A DNA stretch of 56,447 bases. Origin: Vulcanimicrobiota bacterium. GTDB lineage: Bacteria > Vulcanimicrobiota > Vulcanimicrobiia > Vulcanimicrobiales > Vulcanimicrobiaceae. Position 1 is the first letter of the stretch. Each line of letters starts with the position of its first letter. Position numbers and translations under genes: made by a program. The notes below the pieces were generated by a model. The model was not told the origin of the DNA. It saw only the letters and a program-made list of their open reading frames with translations, and did no database searches. Shown piece by piece: positions 20,003-29,598 of the stretch. The DNA is taken from assembly GCA_003135555.1 (NCBI GenBank), contig PLCF01000090.1:1-56447 (forward strand), read 5' to 3'.

Positions 20003-21790
20003 ATGACCGAAACCCCGACGCTCCCTGATCTCATCGCCGAAGGGCTCGCCGAGCCCCGATCGATCGCGCTGGCCGAACGCCGCGCCGGGCGCACGCTTGC
20101 TCTGAGCTCGCAGGACGTCCACCGGCAAGCCGCCGGGGTCGCCTCCGCCTTGTGCGGACGCGGCATCGCCAAGGGCGACCGGGTCGCGATCCTCGCCAAC
20201 AACCGCGTCGAGTGGCTCATCGCGGACTTCGGCATCCTCTACGCCGGCTGCGTCGTCGTTCCGATGTACGCGACGACCGCTGACGATCAGATCGCGTTCA
20301 TTTTGGCCGACAGCGAAGCCAAGCTGGTCTTCGTCGACGACGCCGCGTCTGCGGCGCACGTTCGCGCGGCCGCGCCGAACGCTCCGCCGATCGTGGCCTT
20401 CGAGGGTGACGGCCCCGACGGCTTCGCGGCGCTCGTCGCCGACGGCGCACGTCAACCATCCGCTGAAGATGATGCGCTGCTGCGCTCGTATCGCGACGGC
20501 ATCGGCGTCGACGACCTGGCGGTGCTGATTTACACCTCGGGGACGACCGGTCAACCCAAAGGCGTGATGCTCTCGCACCGCAACCTCGTCTCGAATACGA
20601 TGAGCGCCTTCGACCCAACGACGAGTGAGCTGCGGGCGGGCCAGATCGGCCTCTCGGTGCTGCCGTTCGCGCACATCTACGAACACACCAACGCGCTGGG
20701 GTACCTGTACCGCCGGCTGATCCACTACGTCACCACGCCCGACCATCTGCTCGAGGACCTCAAGGCGATCCGCCCATCGTGGGTCGCGTTCGTGCCGCGC
20801 ATCTTCGAGCGGCTCATCGCGGGCATCATCGGCAACGCCCGCAAGGCCGGTGGGCTCAAAGCCAAGCTCGTGCCGTGGGCGCTCAAGGTCGGCACGGCCT
20901 ACGAGCGCGCCATACGCGCCGGCGGCGCGTCACCGTGGCTGCGCGTGCAGCGCGCGCTGGCGAAAAAGCTGGTGCTTTCGAAGATCCCCGCGACGTTGGG
21001 CCTCGATCGGCTGGAGTACTTCGTGAGCGGCAGCGCACCGCTGCACCGCGACACCGCGCTCACGCTCGCCGCGATGGGATTCGAGATCCTCGAAGGCTAC
21101 GGGCTCACCGAAACGTCGCCGGTCGTCACGGTGAACCGGCCGGGCGACAATGAGCTGGGCACCGTCGGGCCGCCCGTCAAGAACGTCGAGGTGCGAATCG
21201 CCGAAGACGGCGAGGTTCTCGTCAAGGGCCCCAACGTGATGCTGGGCTACTACAAGCTGCCCAAGGAGGAGCAGCCGTTTACCGCCGACGGCTGGTTCTG
21301 CACCGGCGACATCGGCGCGTTCGACGCGCGCGGTCATCTTATGATCACCGACCGCAAGAAGGAGATCTTCAAGACCAGCGGCGGCAAGTGGATCTCACCC
21401 GCGCGTATCGAGTCGGCGATCAAGCGCTCGATCTACATCGGTCAGGTGATGGCCGTCGGTGCGAACCGGTCGCACCCCGCCGTGCTCGTCGCGCCCAACT
21501 GGGACCTGGTGCGCGCGAAGCTCGCACTCGGCGCCGACACACCGACCGCGACGCTCGCCGCCGACGAGCGCGTGTGCGTGCTGATGATCCGCGAAGTCGA
21601 GGCCAATACCGCCGACCTCGCGAGCTACGAGCAAGTCCACCGGCTCGCCATCCTGCCCCGCGACCTCACCATCGAGGACGGCGAGCTTTCCCCGACGCTC
21701 AAGGTCAAGCGGCGCGTCGTCGAGCAGCAGTACGCCCGTTTGATCGAGCAGGCATACGCCGAGGACTTGCACGCCCGCTCCACTTCCTGA
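20003..21790 (+). CDS. long-chain-fatty-acid--CoA ligase (FadD-like)
   Basis: IYTSGTTGQPKG, EGYGLTET, TGDIG, KTSGGK, SPTLKVKR. Confidence 0.92.
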   Translation: MTETPTLPDLIAEGLAEPRSIALAERRAGRTLALSSQDVHRQAAGVASALCGRGIAKGDRVAILANNRVEWLIADFGILYAGCVVVPMYATTADDQIAFILADSEAKLVFVDDAASAAHVRAAAPNAPPIVAFEGDGPDGFAALVADGARQPSAEDDALLRSYRDGIGVDDLAVLIYTSGTTGQPKGVMLSHRNLVSNTMSAFDPTTSELRAGQIGLSVLPFAHIYEHTNALGYLYRRLIHYVTTPDHLLEDLKAIRPSWVAFVPRIFERLIAGIIGNARKAGGLKAKLVPWALKVGTAYERAIRAGGASPWLRVQRALAKKLVLSKIPATLGLDRLEYFVSGSAPLHRDTALTLAAMGFEILEGYGLTETSPVVTVNRPGDNELGTVGPPVKNVEVRIAEDGEVLVKGPNVMLGYYKLPKEEQPFTADGWFCTGDIGAFDARGHLMITDRKKEIFKTSGGKWISPARIESAIKRSIYIGQVMAVGANRSHPAVLVAPNWDLVRAKLALGADTPTATLAADERVCVLMIREVEANTADLASYEQVHRLAILPRDLTIEDGELSPTLKVKRRVVEQQYARLIEQAYAEDLHARSTS

Positions 21791-21811
21791 CGACCGGGGA
21801 ACAAGAGAGCA

Positions 21812-22285
21812 ATGAAACGCAACGTACACACGGCGAGCGCTGTGCTGCTCGCTCTCGCGCTAGCCGCTGGGCTCCCGCTGGCCGGCACGGCGCAGACCAC
21901 CATGACGGGCAAGCAGCAAACCGCGCTGTTGCAGCGGGCACTGGGAAACTTCGACCGTGAGACGCAGAGCCTGGCCGGGCTCAAGGACCAGATTCCCTCA
22001 CGGGACGTCGTCCCGGTCGGCGTCGCAGGGCTCTCGATCGGCGCGCCCGAGCGGCGCACGCTGACGCGCACGCGCACCGGCAGCCGGCACGCCGCGCTCG
22101 AGTCGGCATTGTCGAAGGCTACCGTCGCGGATACCGACCGGCCCAACGGCGCGAGTCCCGATCAGAGCTCGCTCGCGGAGTTCTTGCAGCGTCGCGGTGT
22201 CGATCCCAAGACGGTCGTCGTGGTCGACGTCGACACCAAGACGGACCCGAAGAACCCGCACGTCACCGTCTTCTACAGCAAGTAG
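21812..22285 (+). CDS. hypothetical secreted protein
   Basis: Signal peptide MKRNVHTASAVLLALALAAG..; host-like codon usage. Confidence 0.65.
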   Translation: MKRNVHTASAVLLALALAAGLPLAGTAQTTMTGKQQTALLQRALGNFDRETQSLAGLKDQIPSRDVVPVGVAGLSIGAPERRTLTRTRTGSRHAALESALSKATVADTDRPNGASPDQSSLAEFLQRRGVDPKTVVVVDVDTKTDPKNPHVTVFYSK

Positions 22286-22297
22286 GGCCCGACGGTA

Positions 22298-23395
22298 TTA
22301 GCGGTCGCTACGTGACCTCAGCGCCACCGCGTCGCGCGCGGGTGCAAGCGGTGCGTCCCGCCAGAGCCGCAGCGCGGTGACAGCGTCGCGCCGGCTTATG
22401 GTGACGGAGCGCCAGTAGGCCCGGTTCGGGCCGTGCCCGTACGCTCCGGAGCCTTGCGATAGCAGAACGTAGAAGGGTCCAGTCCCGAGCGCCGGTATCG
22501 ATCCGCGCCGGGGCTGAGCCCCTTGCGGTCCAGCGCTCACGGTCGCCGTCCCCGATCCGTCGACAGTTATGGCGAGCTGGTACCAGACGTTGAGCGACGG
22601 CGCGCGCGGTTCTGAAAGCTTCCCCTTGAGCTTCCAGTGCGTTCCGGCCCCGCTCGGGCTTTGGAGATCAAGCCCCGTGAAGACGTCATTCGCACCCTGC
22701 CCGCCGGCCAGAGATACGCCCCGCCCACCATCGGCGCTCGTAACGACCAACTGGAATACGCCGGCCGTGACCTCCGCCGCCATCACGGTCGCGCTCACGG
22801 TGAACGGCGGCCGGAAGGGCGTCACGGTTTGAATTCCGGCCTGTTCGTAGGTTCCGTTGATCCCGGTCATGCCGAGGCCGAGGGCCGGCGAGAATGATAG
22901 CGTGGGTTGCACGATCTGCGCGCGCGGCACGTCCATGTTCGCCAATGCCGCTCTCGCCGCAGGTCCGTTCACGGTCCAAACAGCGGTGTCGAGCCCGATC
23001 CTCGAACCGGCCTGACCCGGAGCGGGGCCTTGGAGGTGCGGCCAGAGGAGCAGCGACCCCGCGCTGAAGACCGCGAGCACCGCTCCCGCGGCAACCATGA
23101 TCCATCCAAACCGCGGCGTGCGAGCACCCGGCGCGTTCTCTGCGGCGTGCTGACGCTGCGCAACGAGCAACTCCTCGGGATCGGCGACCTCGAGCACGCG
23201 AGCGACGAGCAGCTGGGTCCGGCGAGTAACCGGCTTTCCGTTCTCGGCGTCCCAGACGGTTCGCGGCGCCAACCCGCCGCGCTTCGGATCGACCAATGCC
23301 GCAGCGCGCGCGAGGTCGCCCTGCGATGAGAGTCCGCGCCGCTCTCTGAGCCGCCGGATCTTCTCGCCATCGAGCACGACCTTGTCCCAAGCCAT
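22298..23395 (-). CDS. XRE-type HTH + single TM + extracytoplasmic beta-rich domain
   Basis: KIRRLRERRGLSSQGDLA..RTVWDAENG HTH, hydrophobic helix WIMVAAGAVLAVFSAGSLLLW, beta-rich C-terminus; ATG at 23395. Confidence 0.65.
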   Translation of the reverse strand: MAWDKVVLDGEKIRRLRERRGLSSQGDLARAAALVDPKRGGLAPRTVWDAENGKPVTRRTQLLVARVLEVADPEELLVAQRQHAAENAPGARTPRFGWIMVAAGAVLAVFSAGSLLLWPHLQGPAPGQAGSRIGLDTAVWTVNGPAARAALANMDVPRAQIVQPTLSFSPALGLGMTGINGTYEQAGIQTVTPFRPPFTVSATVMAAEVTAGVFQLVVTSADGGRGVSLAGGQGANDVFTGLDLQSPSGAGTHWKLKGKLSEPRAPSLNVWYQLAITVDGSGTATVSAGPQGAQPRRGSIPALGTGPFYVLLSQGSGAYGHGPNRAYWRSVTISRRDAVTALRLWRDAPLAPARDAVALRSRSDR

Positions 23396-23548
23396 CGTAG
23401 ACTCGCAGTCCGCCCGCACGTGCACCGATTTTGCGAAAGAATTGCCAACACTGCCCGTTGCGTTCCGGCGCTTTGCGAACGTACGCTTTTCTTGGTTCGG
23501 CACGCCCAACGCCCCTGCTAGGAGCGTCGCGTTCACGCAGCTGCGTCC

Positions 23549-24370
23549 ATGAAGGAGCCAACGGTGCTTTTACGAGCGAAGTGGCTGCCGCTCGTCGGCG
23601 GCGCATGCATCACCCTCGCGTTGCACGCAACTGACCCGGCCCACGCCCAGAGCACTGCGGAACAGGGGTGCGCGGCTGCACTCGATGCCGCCAAGCGGCT
23701 CGGTAGCGAATGGGATCATTCCCTCGAACGGCAGCCCTACGCCGCGAACTTGAAGCAGGCTTTCGTAAGCGCAGACCAGGCCCAGATGGACAACCTTCTA
23801 CGAGAACGCGGCTTCGACAAGGGCCTCACCGTTGCGATCGTTTTTCGGGGCCTCGTCCTGACGAACGGGCAAATAACGATAAGCATTCGCGGCTGGAAAG
23901 GGGCGCACGCGAACGAGTTGCTCGCCGAGTCGACTTTTGACGTACGAGCACTGTTCACACCGGAAGAGACGGCTCTCCTGACCGCGGAACGGGCACGGAG
24001 TCACTACAACTTTACCGGGCTCGCCAAAAGGGACGTCTACGACGGGACCAGCTTATTCGAAAATACATTTCTGTTCGAGGATCTGACTGCGGCACGACGG
24101 TTGTTCGTCCTGGGAAACACGTATGGTGGCGCGAACCCGCACCATCTCAGAGTAGCGTCGCTCAATGCGTATGGGATTTCCACGATCGCTAGTCCGGCTA
24201 CAGACCTGGGCATGGTTACGCCGGACTTCAACGAGAACTTCATCGAGCTCGACGAGCCTCGTCTCCAAGCCGAGCAAAAAGCAAAGATCGGGACCACGAC
24301 GTTACTCCTGATCGACGCTACTCTGCGGCCCCTGAAGTACAGCCTACCGGCTACGCCGTGTGGACGGTAG
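23549..24370 (+). CDS. hypothetical secreted protein
   Basis: Signal-peptide-like N-terminus ending AHA; atypical, more AT-rich codons. Confidence 0.6.
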   Translation: MKEPTVLLRAKWLPLVGGACITLALHATDPAHAQSTAEQGCAAALDAAKRLGSEWDHSLERQPYAANLKQAFVSADQAQMDNLLRERGFDKGLTVAIVFRGLVLTNGQITISIRGWKGAHANELLAESTFDVRALFTPEETALLTAERARSHYNFTGLAKRDVYDGTSLFENTFLFEDLTAARRLFVLGNTYGGANPHHLRVASLNAYGISTIASPATDLGMVTPDFNENFIELDEPRLQAEQKAKIGTTTLLLIDATLRPLKYSLPATPCGR

Positions 24371-24376
24371 CGGCCC

Positions 24377-25333
24377 ATGGAGTTGACGATCGCGCGCCTT
24401 GCCGCCGAGCTTCTGAGCGCAGCCGGCCTCAGTTTCTCGATCGTCGAAACCTTTCTGTTTTGCGCAAATCGCGGCGAGTTGATCGAACGCGGGTATTGGG
24501 GCATCTGGCGAGACCCGTCCGGCTCCGACGCCGCCGCGAAGCTGTTGCATAAGGCGATAGGGACAAAGGAGCGCTGCATCGCGTTTTTTATGTTCTTCTT
24601 GACCACCGTCGTAGCGATCTACGTGAAGCCCGCGTACGAGCGCCCGAACCCGCTTTCAGTCGTCCTATTTGCCGCTTTCGTATTTTCCGTGACCCTTTTT
24701 GTGGAGAGATTCGTTGCATACGACGAAGAGGAGATCGCGCGTGAGTTCATCATCGCGGGCCTCGCGGCCGCCGCCTCGGCGGCCTTGGAGCTCATCTCGG
24801 GGTGGGTGGCCGCCGTCGTACCGTTGACCTGGTTCATCTCGGTCGTTCTCTTGGTCAGGTACTTACGCCACTATAAGGTGCTGTCGCCGGAAGACGAGGC
24901 CGACTACGACAAAGACATGATCTTGATCTCGCTGATCTTTCTCATGTGCGTCCTCGGGTATCAGAAGCTGGATGTTATCACAAATCTCGGGCTTGCGAGA
25001 GAGGCGCTGCTCATCGGCGCGATTCTCGCGATTTCCATATCCGTGCTGATGTTCGAGCTGCTAATGAACGCCGGCAAACATGGATTGGATGTGAGTGTCC
25101 GATTCATCCGAGAGTGCGCCGCGAGCGCGGCTGCGACCGAGCGCGTGCGGACTTTGGCGCAAGCGTCGCTGCACCGCCCCATCGATCCCTACAACCAGAC
25201 GATCCAACGAGTCCGCAACGGCATACACGGTCATCTGATGATCCGCGACGTCGGGGCACTCTTTGTCCTCGTGGTCGCGCCCTTCGTCCTGATCGTGCTG
25301 GGGAGCTCTCCATCACTGACTGGGCTCAACTGA
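24377..25333 (+). CDS. hypothetical polytopic membrane protein
   Basis: 318 aa with roughly 8 hydrophobic segments; atypical codons. Confidence 0.6.
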   Translation: MELTIARLAAELLSAAGLSFSIVETFLFCANRGELIERGYWGIWRDPSGSDAAAKLLHKAIGTKERCIAFFMFFLTTVVAIYVKPAYERPNPLSVVLFAAFVFSVTLFVERFVAYDEEEIAREFIIAGLAAAASAALELISGWVAAVVPLTWFISVVLLVRYLRHYKVLSPEDEADYDKDMILISLIFLMCVLGYQKLDVITNLGLAREALLIGAILAISISVLMFELLMNAGKHGLDVSVRFIRECAASAAATERVRTLAQASLHRPIDPYNQTIQRVRNGIHGHLMIRDVGALFVLVVAPFVLIVLGSSPSLTGLN

Positions 25334-25345
25334 GGTTCGTTGGCG

Positions 25346-25825
25346 CTAGGGCGCGGGCTTATCCTCGAGGATCATCAGCGTCGACGTCCCGGTCGCGTAG
25401 ACCGTGCCGTCGGCGTCGATGACGTGCGCCTCGGAGGTCGCGGTGCGCCGGCCGGCGTGCACGACGTGCGCGTCGGCGAACACCTTGCCGGTCGCGGCGG
25501 TTACCGGTCGATGGAAGCGGGTGTGCAGGTCCATCGTCGTCGCCACCTTGCCGGCGGGGAGCACCGACTGCACCGAGCTGCCCAGGGCGTTGTCGAGCAG
25601 GGTGGTGATGATCCCGCCGTGCACCGAGCCGATCATGTTGTAGAGCTTTTCGTCGGGCAGCATGGCGAACACGACGCGACCGCGTTCGACCGTCTCGAGC
25701 GAGAAGTTCATCCAGCGCGTGATGTTGGTGGTCGGGATCTCACCGCGCTGCATCATCTGCAGCGCTTCGAGACCGTCCATGCGCCGGAACGCGTCGAGCG
25801 CGTGCGGGTAGGTCTTGGCGCTCAT
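25346..25825 (-). CDS. PaaI-family thioesterase
   Basis: YNMIGSVHGG..LLDNALG hotdog-fold motif. Confidence 0.9.
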   Translation of the reverse strand: MSAKTYPHALDAFRRMDGLEALQMMQRGEIPTTNITRWMNFSLETVERGRVVFAMLPDEKLYNMIGSVHGGIITTLLDNALGSSVQSVLPAGKVATTMDLHTRFHRPVTAATGKVFADAHVVHAGRRTATSEAHVIDADGTVYATGTSTLMILEDKPAP

Positions 25826-26781
25826 CAGGCCGGCACCGCGGCCTTGTGGTGGGTCTCGAGCGACTCGAGGTACTTCTCGGCGTCGATCGCCGCCTTACAG
25901 CCCATCCCGGCCGCGGTGACGGCCTGCTTGTAGCGGATGTCGTACACGTCGCCCGCGACGAACACGCCCTCGATGTTCGTGCGCACCCCGTCGTCGCTGG
26001 CGATGTAACCGGCGGCGTCGAGCGTCAGCTGGCCGCGGAAGATCCCGGTATTGGGGTCGTGGCCGATCGCGATGAACAGCGCCTGCGCCTCGAGCGTGGT
26101 CACTTCGCCGCTGACGAGGTTCTTGAGCCGCAGCGCGGTCGCGCTGTCTTCGCCGATCACTTCTTCGACCGCGGTGTTCCAGACGAACGAGATCTTCTCG
26201 TGATTGAGCGCCCGCTCGGCCATGATCTTCGACGCGCGCAAGCTGTCGCGGCGGTGGATCACCGTCACCTTGCTGCCGAAGCGCGTCAAGAAGAGCGCCT
26301 CTTCCATCGCCGAGTCCCCGCCGCCGACGACCACGATGTGCTTTTCGCGAAAGAACGCACCGTCGCAGGTCGCGCAGGTCGACACGCCGCGCCCGCGCAG
26401 GCGTGCTTCGCCGGGAATCTCGAGCCAGCGCGCGCTCGCCCCGGTGGCGACGATCACGCAGTCGGCGCTAAACTCGTCCTCGGCCGTGCGCACAACAAAC
26501 GGCCGTTTCGCAAGGTCGACCTCGGTCACGTCGACGTTGTGGATGATCGAGCCGAACCGCTCCGCTTGCGCGCGAAACGCCTCCATGAGCTCGGGTCCCA
26601 TGATTCCGTCGACGAAGCCGGGATAGTTCTCGACCTCGGTCGTGAGCATGAGCTGCCCGCCGTACATGTGACCGGCGAAGACGATCGGGGCGAGGTTGGC
26701 GCGGGCCGCGTACAGGGCGGCGGTGAGCCCGGCGGGGCCGGAACCGATGATGATGACCTTGGCGTGGGTGGGGGCGGGCAT
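25825..26781 (-). CDS. trxB: thioredoxin-disulfide reductase
   Basis: GSGPAG, CATCDG, GGGDSAMEEA, FVAGDV, QAVTAAG. Confidence 0.96.
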   Translation of the reverse strand: MPAPTHAKVIIIGSGPAGLTAALYAARANLAPIVFAGHMYGGQLMLTTEVENYPGFVDGIMGPELMEAFRAQAERFGSIIHNVDVTEVDLAKRPFVVRTAEDEFSADCVIVATGASARWLEIPGEARLRGRGVSTCATCDGAFFREKHIVVVGGGDSAMEEALFLTRFGSKVTVIHRRDSLRASKIMAERALNHEKISFVWNTAVEEVIGEDSATALRLKNLVSGEVTTLEAQALFIAIGHDPNTGIFRGQLTLDAAGYIASDDGVRTNIEGVFVAGDVYDIRYKQAVTAAGMGCKAAIDAEKYLESLETHHKAAVPA

Positions 26782-26837
26782 GGCGCCCTCTTCAACCCGG
26801 GCCGGGTTCCGTCCGGTTCCTGCGCGAAGTCGGGGGC

Positions 26838-27029
26838 GTGACCAAGCTCATCCTCGAGATCCTGGTTTCGGCGATCCTGCACCCGATCGCGGTCGTGCTC
26901 ATGTGGCTCAACCTCGCCGGGCGCTCGGATCTCAACCAGACCCAGAAGATCATCTGGGCGATCGTCGGCGTCTTTTGGGGGATCGGACCGATCCTCTACA
27001 TCCTCGTCGGCGACGGATCGCTGTGGTGA
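26838..27029 (+). CDS. small 2-TM protein (PLDc_N-like)
   Basis: 63 aa, KIIWAIV..IGPILYILVG pattern; GTGA overlap with next gene. Confidence 0.6.
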   Translation: MTKLILEILVSAILHPIAVVLMWLNLAGRSDLNQTQKIIWAIVGVFWGIGPILYILVGDGSLW

Positions 27030-27871
27030 ACGAGGCCGACTGGCCCCGCATCCCGCTCGAAGACGATCCGGCCGACGTCTTGCGCAAGGCGCAGCGCGGC
27101 GTGCGCCTCAACGCGGCCGATCTGGGCCACCGCACCGGGATCGATCCGACGGCGATCATCGCTTGGACCGCCGGCGACGGCGTCCCGACCGAGGACCAGG
27201 CGCGCGCGCTCGCGGGCGTGCTCCGGCTCGATCCGGGAAAGTTCGCCGATGCGGCGGCGCGGCGCTGGTATCCCGGCGCCGAGGTGCCGCCCGACGTGCG
27301 CCATCACCCGCACGACCCGCATCCGTCCAACGGCTACCTCTTCTTTCTGCGCGACGGCAAGACCGCGGCGCTGGTCGATCCGGCCGGCTATCCCCAGACG
27401 CTGCTCGACGCGGTCAACGAAGGCCCGTACGCGCTGCGCTACATCCTCATCACGCACAAGCACGCCGACCATTGCGACGCGACCGCCGACGTGGCCAAGG
27501 CGTTTCCGAAGGCCGAGATCGTGATGCATCGCGCCGACGTCGCTGCGATCGGAGACCTGGCGCGGCGCGCGATCCCGGTGATCGACGGCGACGAGCTCCC
27601 CTTCGGCGAGGACGCCGCGATCCGCATGCTGCACACGCCGGGCCACACCGACGGATCGGCGTGCTTTCTGTTCCACTCCACCGTCTTCTCCGGTGACACG
27701 CTGTTCGCGGGCTCCGTGGGGGGCATCTTCGCCGACGTCTCGACCTACGACGACCTCATCGCGAGCGTTCGCTCGAAGCTGTTCGCACTCGACGACGCCA
27801 CTGTCGTCATGCCCGGCCACGGCCCCCCGACGACGATCGGCGAAGAAAAAGCCCACAACCCGTTCTTCTAG
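27026..27871 (+). CDS. MBL-fold metallo-hydrolase (glyoxalase II-like) with N-terminal HTH-like extension
   Basis: THKHADH, HTPGHT, SGDTLF, PGHGP, EKAHNPFF. Confidence 0.88.
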   Translation: MNEADWPRIPLEDDPADVLRKAQRGVRLNAADLGHRTGIDPTAIIAWTAGDGVPTEDQARALAGVLRLDPGKFADAAARRWYPGAEVPPDVRHHPHDPHPSNGYLFFLRDGKTAALVDPAGYPQTLLDAVNEGPYALRYILITHKHADHCDATADVAKAFPKAEIVMHRADVAAIGDLARRAIPVIDGDELPFGEDAAIRMLHTPGHTDGSACFLFHSTVFSGDTLFAGSVGGIFADVSTYDDLIASVRSKLFALDDATVVMPGHGPPTTIGEEKAHNPFF

Positions 27872-28096
27872 GGCCGCCAGAGGTCACCATTGGTCACCGA
27901 TGGCGTAACGGCGCAGACGCAGTCTCAGGATGCGGGGTTTGGGGCCGTGAAGGGGTGCCGACGGTCGGGGGCGGTTGCCCTTGACGGCAACCGAATGGCA
28001 ACCGGGGGAAGGGCGCCGGTCCTCATTGCTTCGAAGATGCCTTCGCATGGTGTACCCGGTGCGGCCGTTGATGCGATTCCGCCACCCGGCCCGGGC

Positions 28097-29299
28097 ATGA
28101 GCAACCTCGCCCTAACCATGAATAACCTCGCCGCAACTCTCGCCGACCGCGGCGATCTTGCAGGCGCCCAGAAACTTCAAGAGCGCGTGCTCGAGGCCAG
28201 GACGCGCGTGCTCGGCGCGGAGCATCCCGACACAGTCACGAGCATGGGTAACCTCGCCGCAACTCTCGCCGACCGCGGCGATCTTGCAGGCGCGCAGAAA
28301 CTTCAAGAGCGCGTGCTCGAGGCCAGGACGCGCGTGCTCGGCGCGGAGCATCCCGACACAGTCACGAGCATGGGTAACCTCGCCAAAACCGTCTACGCTC
28401 GCGGCGATCTTGCAGGCGCGCAGAAACTTCAAGAGCGCGTGCTCGAGGCCAGTACGCCTCTGCTCGGCGCGGAGCATCCCGATACGCTCAGGAGCATGAA
28501 CAACCTCGCCGCAACCCTCTGCGCCCGTGGCGATCTTGCAGGCGCGCAGAACCTTCAGGAGCGCGTGCTCGAGGCGCGGACGCGCCTGCTCGGCGCGGAG
28601 CATCCCGACACGCTCACGAGCATGAACAACCTCACCGCAACCCTCGGCGACCGCGGCGATCTTGCAGGCGCGCAGAAACTTCTGGAGCGCGTGCTTGAGA
28701 CGCAGACGCGCCTGCTCGGCGCGGAGCATCCCAACACGCTCAAGAGCGTGAATAACCTCGCCGGAACACTCTACCGCAGCGGCGATCTTGCAGGCGCGCA
28801 GAAGCTTCAGGAGCGCGTGCTTGCGACCTGGACGCGACTGCTCGGCGCGGAGCATCCCGACACGCTCACGAGCATGAGTAACCTCGCCGCAACTCTCGCC
28901 GACCGCGGCGATCTTGCAGGCGCGCAGGATCTTCAAGAGCGCGTGCTCGAGGCCACGACGCGCGTCCTCGGAGCCGAGCATCCGTACGCGCTCACGAGCA
29001 TGGATAACCTCGCCGGAACACTAGCCGACCGCGGCGATCTTGCGGGCGCGCAGAAACTTCAAGAGCGCGTGCTCGAGGCCAGGACGCGCGTGCTCGGCGC
29101 GGAGCATCCCGCCACGCTCACGAGTATGAATAACCTCGCCGTAACTCTCTACGGCCGCGGCGATCTTGCAGGCGCGCAGCAGCTTTTGGAGCGCATGCTC
29201 GAGGCGCAGGCGCGCCTGCTCGGCGCGGAGCATCCAAATACAAGGATAAGCGCAGAAAATCTTGCCGTGATCCGAGCCGCAATCAAGGAGCAGCGTTAA
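28097..29299 (+). CDS. kinesin-light-chain-type TPR repeat protein, probably a 5'-truncated remnant
   Basis: Nine 42-aa SMxNLAxTL..GDLAGAQ..LGAEHPDT repeats plus capping helix; starts with a partial repeat and has no upstream domain. Confidence 0.75.
   Translation: MSNLALTMNNLAATLADRGDLAGAQKLQERVLEARTRVLGAEHPDTVTSMGNLAATLADRGDLAGAQKLQERVLEARTRVLGAEHPDTVTSMGNLAKTVYARGDLAGAQKLQERVLEASTPLLGAEHPDTLRSMNNLAATLCARGDLAGAQNLQERVLEARTRLLGAEHPDTLTSMNNLTATLGDRGDLAGAQKLLERVLETQTRLLGAEHPNTLKSVNNLAGTLYRSGDLAGAQKLQERVLATWTRLLGAEHPDTLTSMSNLAATLADRGDLAGAQDLQERVLEATTRVLGAEHPYALTSMDNLAGTLADRGDLAGAQKLQERVLEARTRVLGAEHPATLTSMNNLAVTLYGRGDLAGAQQLLERMLEAQARLLGAEHPNTRISAENLAVIRAAIKEQR
28115..29248 (+). repeat. 9 x 126-bp tandem coding repeat
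   Basis: Units start at 28115, 28241, 28367, 28493, 28619, 28745, 28871, 28997, 29123; units 1 and 2 nearly identical at DNA level. Confidence 0.95.
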
Positions 29300-29598
29300 T
29301 CCTCCGCTGCTAAGCCACTCCGATCGCAGCGCCACGCAGCCCGCGCCGGCGCGACCTAGATTTCTTGTTGCCAGGCAAGCCTGGCGAGGGGGGTCCGTTT
29401 TGGGTGGCCCAACTCCTATCCCGATGCGCACGGTAACAGCGACGACGTCCGGCCTCGTCTTCGGCGGATACGTAGTCGGCTTCGCCGCTCCGCGTGGCGA
29501 CGAGCGGAACCGATGGCAACCGCAGACGCTCGCCTACTCAAAAAAGGCCGTCGTGACAGGCATCCGAATGTCTGCGAAAACAGCCCACAACCATTTTC

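Noticed and set aside
27890..28096. N-terminal 69 aa of the TPR ORF
   Set aside because: Runs through the arm-like repeats, has low-information sequence and a TTG start without a convincing SD; likely non-coding
28115..29248. Tandem repeat as a CRISPR array or DGR template
   Set aside because: Units are contiguous in-frame coding repeats with no spacers; no cas or reverse transcriptase gene; differences are not evidently adenine-specific
29369..29412. Hairpins ccaggc/gcctgg and ttggg/cccaa as a terminator or ncRNA
   Set aside because: Short stems with no adjacent U-tract on the TPR strand; insufficient evidence
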